A stretch of DNA of 64,000 nt from Cirrosporium novae-zelandiae. Taxonomy: Eukaryota. This document shows, piece by piece, positions 26,201 to 38,794 of this stretch (its first letter is position 1; every line of letters starts with the position of its first letter). The DNA is taken from positions 124,001 to 188,000 of the forward strand of contig JAPETS010000028.1 in the NCBI GenBank assembly GCA_026023565.1. The letters run 5' to 3'. Below the pieces are notes generated by a model. It was not told the origin of the DNA and made no database searches. It saw only the letters and a program-made list of their open reading frames with translations. The translations under genes and the position numbers were made by a program.

Positions 26201-28314
26201 TAGGTTTGAAGTTTGCCAAAGTTTTTGGCCAGGCATCATCGAACCCTGCCACTAGACGTTGGGTTAAAGGGGACATATCGAATTTCCATTATTTGATGCT
26301 CATTAACACCATAGCTGGGAGGACATTTAATGACCTGACTCAATATCCCGTGTTTCCATGGGTAATTGCTGATTACACAAGTGAGGAACTTGACCTGAGC
26401 AATCCCAAGAGTTTTCGGGACCTTTCGAAACCCATGGGTTGCCAGACTCCTGAAAGGGAAGCGGAGTTTAGAGAGCGGTATAAATCGTTTGCTGAGATGG
26501 GTGACGAACCGCCTTTCCATTATGGCACGCACTATTCTTCTGCAATGATCGTCACATCGTACCTCATTCGACTACAGCCATTTGTCCAGTCGTATTTGCT
26601 CTTGCAGGGTGGCCACTTCGATCATGCAGATCGGCTTTTCTATTCGATCGAGAAGGCATGGAAGTCAGCTTCGAGGGAGAACATGACAGATGTCAGAGAA
26701 CTGACCCCAGAGTTCTTTTACCTTCCTGAATTCTTAGTAAATATGAATGGATATAATTTCGGTATTCGTCAAGAAACAGGCGAGGCCATTGACTCAGTCG
26801 AACTTCCTCCCTGGGCAAAAGGGGATCCAAAAATATTTGTTGCTAAGAATCGTGAAGCTTTGGAGAGTCCCTATGTTAGCAAAAACCTCCACCATTGGAT
26901 TGATCTCGTTTTCGGGTTTAAGCAACGTGGAGATGCTGCGCTTGAAGCAACAAATATCTTCCATCATCTTTCATACCATGGTGCCAAGGACTTGGATAGT
27001 ATCGAAGACCCTATCGAGCGGCTTGCCACAATCGGTATAATTCACAACTTCGGTCAAACTCCTCAGCAGGTCTTTCAGCGACCACATTCTCAACGTGAAG
27101 AAATCCGCCAGAAATATCAGAGGCTTGATATGGCAGCAGAATCACTTACGCCTTTGCCGTTTCCGGCCCTTGGTGAGTGGCTCTTTCGTTCGTTTAGCTC
27201 TTGCTCATTGGTGCCATTAGAAAGTCGGGAACGTGTATCATCACTTGAGTTTTCTTGGAAACAGGAGCGGCTACTGTGTTCTGCAGCGTTTAGGCTTAAT
27301 ATCCCGCCAAAATTTGACAAGTATATGGAATGGGGTTTCGCTGATGGTAGCGTACGTTTTTACTCTGCGGAGAATAAAAAGGTTAGCCCTCGAATAACTG
27401 AATGAAACGACTCAACTAATAATATATAGCTTATTGGTCTCTTCGAGCACCTACACATCGGACAACTGTCATCTGCGCTCTTTGTTGACGGTCGAACGTT
27501 AGTGACAGCGGGAACGGACTGCACCGTATCCGTTTGGACGATCTCTTCTTCCAAAGTTTTTGATTTACAACCAAAAGCTACTCTGTTTGGGCACAAAGCC
27601 CCTCCAAATATCCTTGCAGTTTCACAGTCCTTCAGTACTTTGGTGTCGGTTTCCTGCGATGGTACAATATTCATCTGGGATCTTAATCGCCTGGAGTTTG
27701 TCCGCAAACTAGTTGTTTCTGGAGTTGTAGAGGTGAGTCGGTGTCCAGTCCTCAGCGGGGAGACAGAAAAATCTAATCATTTTAGTGTGCTCAAATCAAC
27801 GACGTAAATGGCAATATTATTCTAGGCATCAAAAACCGGATCGTTTTATACACCCTCAATGGCGAACTTCTACTTGAAGAACCCGCCTGCGACGGTAATG
27901 ATGACGCAGTCATTTCATGTGCATTCTACGAAGGTGCGGGCAACGAGTGGCTTGAACGGGATATCATTCTGACGGGCCATAAAAGAGGAGTTGTCAATGT
28001 ACGCGGAAATAGAACCAATATCTTACAGACTGATAACTAATGGATGGCTAGATCTGGAACAGGGTTATCAAAGATGGAAATTTCAAACTCGAACCCGTAA
28101 AATATCTCAATCACGTCGACCAGCATCGCGAAGATAAATCAAATGTCTCATCGAGCATTACTTGTATTTTGCCGTTGCCGCAGGTTGTGTATACGGGGGA
28201 TGAGGATGGGAGAGTGGTGAGTCTGCGTGATTTGATATGGTAGGACATATACTAAAACCAGGACAGTACGAATGGGATTGCATCCAGCGACATGAGGGTA
28301 CTTCGGGGCGTTGA
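20215..28314 (+). CDS. BPH1: Beige/BEACH domain protein (ConA-like, PH, BEACH, WD40)
   Basis: BEACH motifs SNFHYLMLINTIAGRTFNDLTQYPVFPWV, FHYGTHYSS, DVRELTPEFF, ELPPWAKGD and IIHNFGQTPQQVF. WD40 exons continue to TGA at 28312-28314. Introns at 22829-22876, 27173-27220, ~27382-27429, 27733-27786, ~27998-28051 and ~28217-28266. Confidence 0.95.
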
Positions 28315-29702
28315 GGTACGAAATTAAAAAAGCATCACCAATGATAGAACAATGTTATTTGCTTTCTATAATTGGACGGTAAGAAGAACCTAGGCAAGGC
28401 GTCTTGGGTGAACATGGACTTGTTGGATCTTGTATTAAGGCGTATCATTTTTCCTATTTTTTCTCGCTCTTTTGCAATATTCACCTTGTGAATACTCGTT
28501 TGGAACATGAAAAGCCTGCATGTCATATGGACGGTACTTGTCGGTTTTCGAAAGAACTATAGGCATGCGGAACGGTCATAGATGTACAGAGAAGTATTTA
28601 TCAGAAAGGCAAACGTCTATTGCCTATGAAAGGTTAGAATGGTTCCGAAGGAAATGCATCTTTGATAGAAAACCAATGACATACCATATATGTCCGACAT
28701 GGCAGTTGTTCTCTTAACGTTCTTGACTTGAAACTTGGTGTAGACAAGACTTTGCAGTCACTAGTAAAAAATACTAGGCCAAGGTTCAAATTTTCTTTTC
28801 GAAAAAGTTACGGCGTTGAAAACAAAATTATTACAACCAAGCCATCTAAGCAAACAACATAGTGGTGGCCGTTGAGGTAACTGGAAAAGCTGACCGGCAG
28901 GCTTGTGGAGATGCGCCTGGTTGAAGCAACGGGAGTCTGATTCCATATGCTCCATCAAACTGAATTAGCTAGTCTGCTTGATCTGATATCTTGCCAGTAG
29001 CCACCTCATCTTGGATAGTAGCTTCCTAAATGGAATCTATATAATCAGTCTAGAAGGTTCGGGGGCCTCTGGTTTGAGAAACATCTGTAAGACCGATGGT
29101 CAACCTTATTACTGTAGTCTTCTCGGATAGGTACCTAGATAGACTTCAAACATCCAGAAAGGTCCTTAAGGATTATAATGACGGTTATGATATTGATTTA
29201 ATCTTAGGCTATGTAAGATTTAATTCCTAATCATATATTTTGCTTAAGGAAGGCTAGAGATTCACCGTCGCTTCTGGCATTTCCAATGGTTAAACTTGAA
29301 CTGGATATTCCGAATGCATTGACGTGGGAAGGTCACGCAAAGAGCTATAAAGACATAGCATCTTAACTTGTGGCAGTTTTGTTTCATCACAGATGCTAAA
29401 TTTCGAGATTTATTCTATAATGATAGTCATACTCCCGGGATTCAATTGGCTTAAAACCAAAGGGTGTAAACTTGTTTGGAATAACCAGGGATATTCGAGT
29501 TCGACTTGATGTTTTGGTATCCGAAGTGGAGGAGGGGGTATCTTGCTTGTATGTATACCATAAAGGAGCTTGGAAAGCAAAATGTCCGCCTTAGGATATC
29601 AATAGCATAAGTATTCATAGCCTATCGTGTCATGCGATTCGGCCTGTATTCATGAGAGGAGATCACTTTCTGTTTTCCACCTAGGTACCCGTATCCCCAA
29701 GA

Positions 29703-30503
29703 TCACCCAGTTGTGCCAGACTCCATAGAATCTGTTTCTGCCCAAATCCCTTTGCTTTCCCTTTCGACAGCTCTCATGGCAGCGGCGACCTCCTCTAGTT
29801 TGCTCACGACATCCAGAACTCCACCATTAACTCTTTGAAAATATCTATCATTAGCTTCTCTTCTTTTCCTAGCAACAAGAATGTCTTTCTCGGTCTCCTC
29901 TTCAAGCTTATGGCCTCTTGCTTCCTCTCCTTTTCCAGTAGGATTGGCCCCGGTATCGGCCCCCAGCAACGTTGAGCTCTTTACAACCTTCCCCTCCGCG
30001 TCTCCTGAGCTATCGACAACATCATCAGCTTCACTCCTTGCCCAAGCTTGCGCAAGCGCAATCTGTGCTGTTCTCAACTCTTCCAAAGCCTTGGCATGTT
30101 CTACACCAAAGACATGACTACCATGGGATGCACTGAGCTCTACTTCTGCAAGTGTATTTTGCATTTCCGCCCAGAGAGCATCTGTTCTATCTTCGGCACT
30201 TCTTCTCTGCTGTTGCAATTGTCGCTCCTGAATTGCGCGCCCCACATAAGAACCGCCGGGCACACCAAGACGTCTAGGAGGGCGGGAAGAAGTGAAAGGA
30301 ACTTCAAGATGAACTAAAGGAGTGCGCTGGACGGTAGGAGCGCCTATGGCTGCAGCGTTTGCGCCTGGCTGGAGGAGAGGCGGTAACGAGACATTGGAAG
30401 TGTTTCCCGAAGGAGGGCCGAGGAATAGAGATGGTGTAGGGTGTTGAGACTGGGAAGTCTTCGGAGTACTACCCCTTGGTGATATGTCATTGGGGGAAGA
30501 CAT
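29703..30503 (-). CDS. Uncharacterised fungal protein (266 aa) with predicted coiled coils
   Basis: Clean single ORF with a Pro/Ser-rich N-terminus followed by helical segments (LWAEMQNTLAEVEL, ALEELRTAQIALAQAWA, VVSKLEEVAAAMR). Confidence 0.8.
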   Translation of the reverse strand: MSSPNDISPRGSTPKTSQSQHPTPSLFLGPPSGNTSNVSLPPLLQPGANAAAIGAPTVQRTPLVHLEVPFTSSRPPRRLGVPGGSYVGRAIQERQLQQQRRSAEDRTDALWAEMQNTLAEVELSASHGSHVFGVEHAKALEELRTAQIALAQAWARSEADDVVDSSGDAEGKVVKSSTLLGADTGANPTGKGEEARGHKLEEETEKDILVARKRREANDRYFQRVNGGVLDVVSKLEEVAAAMRAVERESKGIWAETDSMESGTTG

Positions 30504-30785
30504 CCTCTAATGGAGTAAAATTAGAATATCACCCATTAGAATCAGAATTTTGCATCACAGTACTATGTACTTTCGAAAGTATTGGAGCAGTAACTGTTGG
30601 GAGGTAGATAGCTGTAACAGCTTGGAACTTGGAACTAGGATTGGTCGAATCACGTGCCTATTGCTGACTAATTTCCACACACACTAAATTCGAAATTCAT
30701 CGATAGGTATTCCTATCATTCCACGATTACCGCCTCGACTTTTCAACAGCAACCACCAAAGAAACCCATAGAAAATCAATTCAAT

Positions 30786-31835
30786 ATGGGAAAGGGAAAG
30801 CCCAGGTATGCTTTTTGAGTATCACATTTTGGACTATATGCTAACACATTAAAAGAGGTCTCAACGCTGCCCGCAGTAAGGAACCCAAAATCCCTACCCT
30901 ACTTCAAATTTACTGATCATTCCCGCTTAGAGCTGAGGCTTGATCGTAAGGAACAGAGATGGGCAGATCTTGGATATAAGAAACGGTACGTCCTCGGCTT
31001 TGGTCTCCATCAAAATCTACAAATAAAGCATGAATTAATATATTCTTCAGCCTTTTAGGAACAGCATACAAGAGTTCTCCATTCGGTGGAAGCTCTCACG
31101 TGAGTTTCTCCTCACTTTACTATATTGCATCCCTTTGTTATATGCTTGGATACTAACAAGAAATTTCCATTACAGGCTAAAGGAATTGTATGTTTCACCC
31201 TCAATATCCCGCCCAGTCGGATCCTTGTTGGTTGAGAAGATATCTTCTAACTCAGTATTAATTTGACAGGTCCTCGAAAAAGTTGGTGTGGAGGCTAAGG
31301 TATGCTTTGTCAATCACTTTTTATTCAGAAATCGTGTTAATCGAGTCTGTAGCAACCAAACTCGGCCATCCGAAAATGTGTCAGGGTACAATTGATCAAG
31401 TATGTTATGGCTTTGTTCCTTAGGATATAATATCAATAAGCTAACAAATGTCTTGAAAAGGAACGGCAAGAAGGTTACTGCTTTGTATGTTCTATCGTAA
31501 CGCAAAAGCTTTTCAGTTGAGGAGACTCTAATTTGAACATAGCGTACCTAACGATGGTTGTCTCAACTTTGTCGACGAGAACGACGAGGTTCTTCTAGCT
31601 GGTTTCGGTCGTAAGGGCAAGGCCAAGGTTTGTGAATCCCTAATCATCACTATTAAGCATATCCACTGATTCGAACGTACCTCCAGGGTGATATTCCTGG
31701 TAAGCATTAATCATAACTATTTTGCCTGATCCGCAAACTCATTATTCCCACAGGTGTCCGATTCAAGGTTGTCAAGGTCTCCGGCGTTGGTCTCTCGGCG
31801 TTGTGGAAGGAGAAGAAAGAGAAGCCCAGATCATA
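30786..31835 (+). CDS. RPS23: 40S ribosomal protein S23 (uS12), 11 exons
   Basis: Manual splicing gives MGKGKPRGLNAARKL...[106 protein letters not shown]. All 10 introns are GT..AG. Absent from the ORF track. Confidence 0.97.
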
Positions 31836-32095
31836 GACGTTAAGATATGAGATGGGGATAAATGCTTATAATGCGGGTTGCAAATGGAAATACTCCAGGC
31901 ATGACTTTACTAAACTAGGAATTGCTATGATAACCTAGCTAGCAATTGAAAACTTCAAAAATATATTGTTGAGAAATTAACGAAATCCCTCGTAGCTTTT
32001 TAAGGAATATGTGAGATTAGTCTACGCTGGTAGCGTAGCAAAAATTGGTTAGGTCTATTGGTAGTACAATACGTTGATAAGCATAATCATTTTTT

Positions 32096-33722
32096 TCATA
32101 AATTCACATCTTCCGGTCTGTAATGATCGGACACTATTCTATAGAGATACGAAGGAGCATGTCCACCACTGTCCGAACGGTCAGGCTTCTCGGTCAAGGA
32201 TAGATGGGGCTTCAAAACTTACAGGTTCGTAATATAGAGGTCCACCAATTCAGCCGGGACATAATCAAACAACGGGTTCACCACATCCACCTTATCAACT
32301 AGATCACCATCTTCATATGGTATGATCTTACTGGCGTCGCCATATTCAATCAAAGAATCAAAGTCAAATGGATACACGGGGCTCAACTTGTAAACTCCTG
32401 ACAGGACCAGGACTGGAACCTTGTGGGCTCGTGCAGCCATGGCAATTGTCTTTGCGCCTGCAGTTGTCACGAGCAATCCACTAGCTAGGACAGTATGTGT
32501 GCCCAATATCACTTTGTTTACACGACTTATGAGGGCGAAGACTGCGGAGTCGGGTATTAGTATCACGGTGATACCTGCTGTGGCAAGGGGTTTTTGAAAA
32601 GCTTCGTGAGAGAGCTTGTCCTCGGTATCGGTATTCCCTACACCTGTTACGGTCTTGTATGTTCTTTCTTGATCTATAGGATATGATTCAGCGACGATAA
32701 CTGTGAATTTCCGCTTCGCAGCCGCTTTCAGAAGAAATTTCTGGACGGTCGTTGATGAGCCAAGCGTAAGGATTATCTCATTTTGATGGATGTGCTCTAA
32801 AGCATAAGCCGCAATTTGATCATCGACTTGGGAAAGCTCATCAATGATTTCGCTAATACCCTCCACTACTTCTTGCTTTAACTCCTTGAGAGAACTGAGG
32901 CTGGCGACATTTTGTGTAGTAAGAGAAGCTCTTCCGTTGGGAGATTGAGATCCGGGAGGGGTGGCTGTGGGTGAAGTTTGAGGGTGTGAAAGGAGATTAA
33001 ACATAGATGTAGCCATTGGCGCAGAGGCATTTGCCGCATATGAGGTATGGGAAGTGAGAAGTGGAGGTCTACTCGAGCCCTCGACGTGCTCCGCAGATGT
33101 GAAGGATACATCCTGTTCCCCATCTATTCCAGGTTCAATCGCATGCTTCAAGGGGCTCAGTGTAGATATACTCGAAGATAGTCCAGGGCGATCGAGAGAC
33201 CTGTCGGCTGCGATAGTGGGTGACCGTGATTGCATCTCACTTGAGATATCAGACGCTAAGCTCATCTCTCCCTCACGATCCTCTTCTGCTTCGGAGCGGA
33301 TGAGACCCAATACTCGCCGTACAATGTTTCCAACTGCCATTTCTCTTGGTTGTGCGGCAATGAGTCGTCGTCCCACTCGCTGTACATGTTCAACCTAGAT
33401 CCCTATAGCATTAGACATAACGTTCATGCCACGTTTTTTTTTGTTTTGAACAAACCAATTTCTCCACGTTTATGGCTTTACTCGAATGCACAACCCGAAG
33501 GAGCAGCCTAGCGGTTGCAATTGCACATGGTCTTGAACTCCGGATCTGTCGTCGTTTAAGGAGTCTATGGCAAACAATTAGCAAATATTACAAACATAGA
33601 CATTTAGCGTTGGCATACGCAACGAGGTGTTCGATAGATGACTCAATGGGATAGGATGTGATGGTGCTGAGATATGCGGCTAAACCTGGAGTCGTGATCG
33701 TGGTAGAAGTATTTGGCGCCAT
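32096..33722 (-). CDS. GCD7: Translation initiation factor eIF2B subunit beta
   Basis: Motifs LLKRRQIRSSRPCAIATA, AAQPREMAVGNIVRRVL, EHIHQNEIILT, IPDSAVFALISRVNKVI, NPLFDYVPAELVDLYITNL and GGHAPSYLYRIVSDHY. Three introns. Confidence 0.94.
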
Positions 33723-34389
33723 GTTGCGCTGCTAGAAAATAGGTGGCTGATGGAACTTGGTAGCGAATTATCCGGATACAAGTATAGAGTAATACTGGAA
33801 GTATTTTTGTAGTTTGAATTTTGCGAATGCGATGTCAAGAAAGTCTTCACTGTGAATTGAACAAACAAAGGTTGATCAACCTTTGGAGCTTGTTGGCGCA
33901 GTTGAAACAACTTTTTCAGGCCATATGTGAGATTATTATAGATAAAGACAAGCAAGATACTTGTACACGTAGTTAATATAGATATAGTCTATGACAAGTT
34001 CGTTTGATATGAAGACTTAGGGTTAGAGATAGAGGCAGTGAGGGGGAGCGTTGAACTACAATCTTTCCTTAGTCGGGGAGGGGGTTTATTATTTTTTTTT
34101 AGGGTATGACTCGCGCAGGTTGGTGGCCCAAGGCCTGAGGACTTGGAAGGAGGGGGGAAGGTGGGAGATTCGGGTAGGGGTGGCAGGGGTGACTGGGATG
34201 AAAACAATGAATGGAGAATGGACAAGCAAACACAAGCAAAGTAGGGCAAATCGTCATACCCAATAATTACCTTAGTCTACGTCTACCCAATGTACGGAGG
34301 AGCCAGTGCACATGTCATCTGGATCTGCCTCTTCATCCATTCCGGGGGCTTCGGCTTGTGGCTTCTCAACCATAACCAAAAAATAATAA

Positions 34390-34433
34390 CCCCCCCTCCA
34401 CATCCCCCCCCCCCCCCCCAAAACACCCCCCCC
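34390..34433. repeat. Poly-C tracts (C7, C16, C8), G-quadruplex-competent on the minus strand
   Basis: Visible homopolymer runs in the GCD7/NEM1 divergent intergenic region. Confidence 0.85.
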
Positions 34434-34839
34434 ACAGGTTAATCCCTCCTTCATATATTCTTGCATCCATTACATTATTCATCTCAATACTACTTCAAAT
34501 CTCCCTTTTACCCTTTATCTCCCTATTCTCTAGAAATCCCTTCCCAGTACACCTTTTCTTCTCTCCGTGTGTTCCAAAGGTTATTTGTTTGCGAATTCCC
34601 TCATAAAGCCACGGTAGCTCATCCCCAAAATCCAATAAACAAAGCTTAGAAAACGCCCAACGCCCCAACAAGTTCCATCAAATTGTTGAAGCGCGACAAC
34701 GTAAGCAAATATCAATCACGGGAAATGTTAGAAATCTGTCGCCTGACTTCAAAATATAGACGCCATTGATGCCTGGGAACCTTTAATCGTTAAGGCCACC
34801 CCTTCCATCCCCCCTTTCCCTTATGGCCTGCGCCAGAAG

Positions 34840-36487
34840 ATGAACTCCTTGAACATTATTACCGCCCACGTCAAAGGCCAAACTCCACCACATTCTCCAA
34901 CATTCCCTCGTTCTCGATCTCACAGCAATTCCAATACGGACGCGCATCATCTGGCATCATCCACTCAAAGATCTTCAAGCAGTAGTCCCCGGCGCATTTC
35001 CGATAGCCTCAAACAGGAAAAGGGTCAGCTGGGAGAAAACGTAAACAATTCATTAATTCAAAAAGAGAAATCTCTAGAAATACATGAGTCTGTGGATGAA
35101 AAGACGCCACTACTCTCTGAACAAAACCATGCGCCTGCGACTGCACCAGGGAATAGTTTGTGGCTACTAGCCAAAAGGCTGGTGGATGCGTTGGCTGAGT
35201 CTTTAGCCTGGCTCCTCTCTGCGATAAAGGCCCCTGGAATATATCTTGCTAGTTGTTTCAAGGATGAAAGAGGGAATCTGTCACCATTCGTACCAGCTCG
35301 GAGGATAAGTCGGTCTTTCCTGCGGCATAGAGGCAAGAAATCCACTGCACAAGCGGTCGGCCTTTCTGCCACCAATACAGATGAGAAGATGGCTTTGCGT
35401 AACCCATCAGAGCACAAGTCAATTAATCGCAAACCATCCTTTCAAGGAGGTTCGATCTCTGATTCTTCGGCCCCTTCCATCTCCGAGTCAGATATAGAGA
35501 GAAGGCATACTCTGGCACCAGAAATTGACACCCCGCCATCATATAATACTAGATCAAAGACACAAAAGGCCGCTGCCACCACTGAGGAGATAGCCCCTGC
35601 GAAAAAGTCTATACGCATCAAACTCCATAGCGATGCAGCACTCAAACGAAAGAAGCAGAAGCAGAATTCAAGCGATAGCTTGAAACCTGGCGATGGAACA
35701 TCTTCACTGTCAGAAGCTGCAGCTGCAGCACTCAAGTCTCCGAGCTCCCCATTTTCTTCCCTCCGGTTAACGCGATACCCACATGCTCCAGCACCACCAC
35801 GTCCATTAATACCTCGACGACAGCCATCATACTCGGCTGCCACCCCGCATTCCCGTCTACAGCAAAAAACATTGGTTATTGATCTCGACGAAACACTCAT
35901 TCATAGTTTAGCAAAAGGAGGCCGAATGAGCAGTGGTCATATGGTGGAGGTGAAGCTCAATACCCCAGTTGGTTTAGGTGGAGGGGCTGTTCTTGGCCCT
36001 CAGCATCCAATTTTATATTATGTTCATAAACGACCGCACTGTGACCACTTCCTTCGGAAAGTTTCCAAGTGGTATAATCTCGTGGTTTTCACGGCGTCAG
36101 TACAAGAGTACGCAGATCCAGTGATTGATTGGCTAGAGCAAGAAAAGAAATACTTCACAGCACGATACTATCGACAACATTGTACATATAGGAATGGCGC
36201 TTATATCAAGGATCTGAGTTTCATTGAACCAAATCTCAGCAAGGTGATGATTCTGGACAATAGTCCGATGAGCTATATCTTTCATGAAGGTTGGTTCGGC
36301 TTTGATGGCTATGCTTGTGCAATCGACTAATCCTTGTCCCGCAGATAATGCGATCCCGATTGAAGGTTGGATCAATGACCCAACAGATAATGATCTACTT
36401 CATTTGATTCCATTTTTAGAGGCTCTTCAGTATGTTATGGATGTTCGAGCATTACTTGCACTACGTCGAGGGGAAGCTGAAGCTTAG
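34840..36487 (+). CDS. NEM1: Nem1 catalytic subunit of the Nem1-Spo7 HAD/NIF-family phosphatase (2 coding exons)
   Basis: KTLVIDLDETLIHS (DxDxT), YYVHKRPHCD, VFTASVQEYADPVIDWL, YIKDLS and ILDNSP. Intron ~36289-36344, then DNAIPIEGWINDPTDNDLLHLIPFL. Confidence 0.9.
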
Positions 36488-38794
36488 AAATATACTTGGA
36501 TTGTTTTACGTTCTGGGAGCCATGTTATACATGGCAGGTTATCGTATTGTTAATGCATTTTACCCTGGGAAGAAGCTGGTACTTGTTCGCTAATAGGGCC
36601 TCATTGGCCTTGCGGTTGGAACCTTGCTACTGACCTGCAACGTCTCTCGATGCCGCAGGATTTGGAATTGAATAATAACATCGCAAACACCAAATTAGGA
36701 TCTCCACTGCCCCAGGTCCCAAAGCTTTCAACTGACATACTTTATTACGAAAAGCAGAATGCGTTTTTAGGAAACGTCGACGAGTATTAGCTTTTTCGCC
36801 GCTACTTGCTAATCGATAGGACCATAGCAGCAAAACCCAGAAGCCTCGGCCTTCAGGCCCTCCCAGGGACATTACCACACTTGATCTAAATATTACGCAC
36901 CAAAAGGGAGAGGAATAGTAAAAATTGGGACCAGCATCTCCTATCTATGCTTAAGAAAGACTCTCACCAGACTCTGTCACCTTGAACAGATGGTAGTACT
37001 GCGACCATGAAGCCATTTAGGTCTCTTCAATCCCAATCTTCATCACCTACCTAACCTTCCACCTCCAGTCAACTTCCTATACAGGCCAAGCTGCACCTTC
37101 AAAATGGGATAATACTTGGGTGACGCCCGTTAGAGCCTACAGATCCCCAATCCTGAATCGCTTAACTTTACAATCTCCATACCTTATACTTCCTGGGAAA
37201 CCCTACACCCGGGAATTATTTTGCTCGTCTTTGTACCGAAGACGGTAGGAATCGGGGGGGCTACCAAAGCTAAACGGAGCATATAGTTTGCTATATAGAG
37301 ATAATGCTTAGGCACACGCCATTAAACAGATGTGTCTGTCTGCTACGCCCTTGGGAGCAACAATAAACCGGCACGATATTACTCCAAACCTAATTCCGAT
37401 GAGGGAATCATGAAACGCTAGTAAAATGGGATAACTATCATCGATCGGCTCTCTTTTGACTAGCTACAATAAGCCAAACCACAACTATCACCTTTTTCTG
37501 CCAATTTGTCTTATCGCCTTTACTGAAAGACGCCGTCCGGTCCTGGAAGAAAAGAAACACACTTACCTTGCTCATATATATGTATGTGTGCTTGCCAAGG
37601 CGAGTGCAAGAGTCGATAAACAAGGAAAGCGACAATGATAGATAGGGATCATTGATAAGATGAATATTGGACCTCTTTAAAAGTTACCTAGGTAAATTGG
37701 TCCATATCCACCATCGACTAAGCGATAGACAAGACAAGAGAATTATAGGGGATATATAGGGATATATAGCCTTGACAAGAAATCTCAAAGTTAGGCCTAC
37801 ATGTGAAGAGGTAGTCTTACTCTTAAAGGTTGGGGGGAGGGGGGAGAGTTTCATTTCAGGTGTGCTCTCTCGAGATCGTCGATTAATAAGCTTCTTTCTT
37901 ATTCTTCGACACACACATAATATGAAATGGAATACTTTTGTAATTCCGTTGAATTTACTACACACTATATATATATATCTTGAAATTGGAATCATGAATG
38001 GAAATTTTTTTTTTGGTTTGGTTTGGTGATCTTAGTACATAGCTTTGGTCCAACCTATTTTTTATACAGTACATTACATACATTACTTCACCCCCCCCCC
38101 CCCCCCCTCCCCAAGAATCCATTCAATTCCCAAGCAAAAGATATTTGATGGTTAATTTGTTCTAGCTCCTTTAACCTACCTTCTCTATAAAGTTTGATAT
38201 TCGTATATAATATGATGCTTTTCTTCTAACCTTGCTGGGCTCTCTCAGCAGGGACGTTAGACACAGTAACAACAGCGAATTTATGATTGCCAGAGGTGGT
38301 AAAAAACATAGTGGGAGTATATATTCCTCCCCGAAGGAGATGGAATGGAATGTTGGATGATTGGTAGGTACTATCAAAGATTATCTACAATACAATAATA
38401 GCTATCAGACGTTCCTATTTGCATATTTTATAAATTCAATGATTAGCTTTATAAAATCTATAATGAAACGTCATGAACGATATACTAATGTAGTTGTGTG
38501 TAGCATGCTAGTTCATGGAGAACTAAAATATTTTTTGTGTTATAGCTCTTTTCGCAATAATTAACTAGGAGCTGTTATTGAATCGCTGAGTCATTTTTTT
38601 GACAATGATGATTATTTCAATAAAGAATCTGGGGGAAGCCTTCAAATAAAAACATGCATTCTATCATCTATATTCTGAGTAGTAGCCCTCTAAAAGGTTT
38701 ATATCCTGCTAGCGCCCCCTGTCTATCAAATCCAGCCAAGCTAACCTTAAGAGGTGGTATCATCTAACTTATCTCACCTCACCTTAATTGTCCA

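Noticed and set aside
31188..31269. Longer RPS23 intron with an internal CTAAC..CAG as a possible stwintron
   Set aside because: Removing the putative inner intron does not regenerate a valid outer donor; at most it is an alternative acceptor that would frameshift.
34017..34026. CTAACCCTAA (minus strand) as a possible telomerase RNA template
   Set aside because: A single 10-mer can arise by chance. It sits in a ~1.1-kb divergent promoter and no pseudoknot or other TER element was recognised.
38605..38678. ATGATGA...CTGA as a possible box C/D snoRNA
   Set aside because: No terminal stem or recognisable rRNA-complementary guide; AT-rich context makes chance matches likely.
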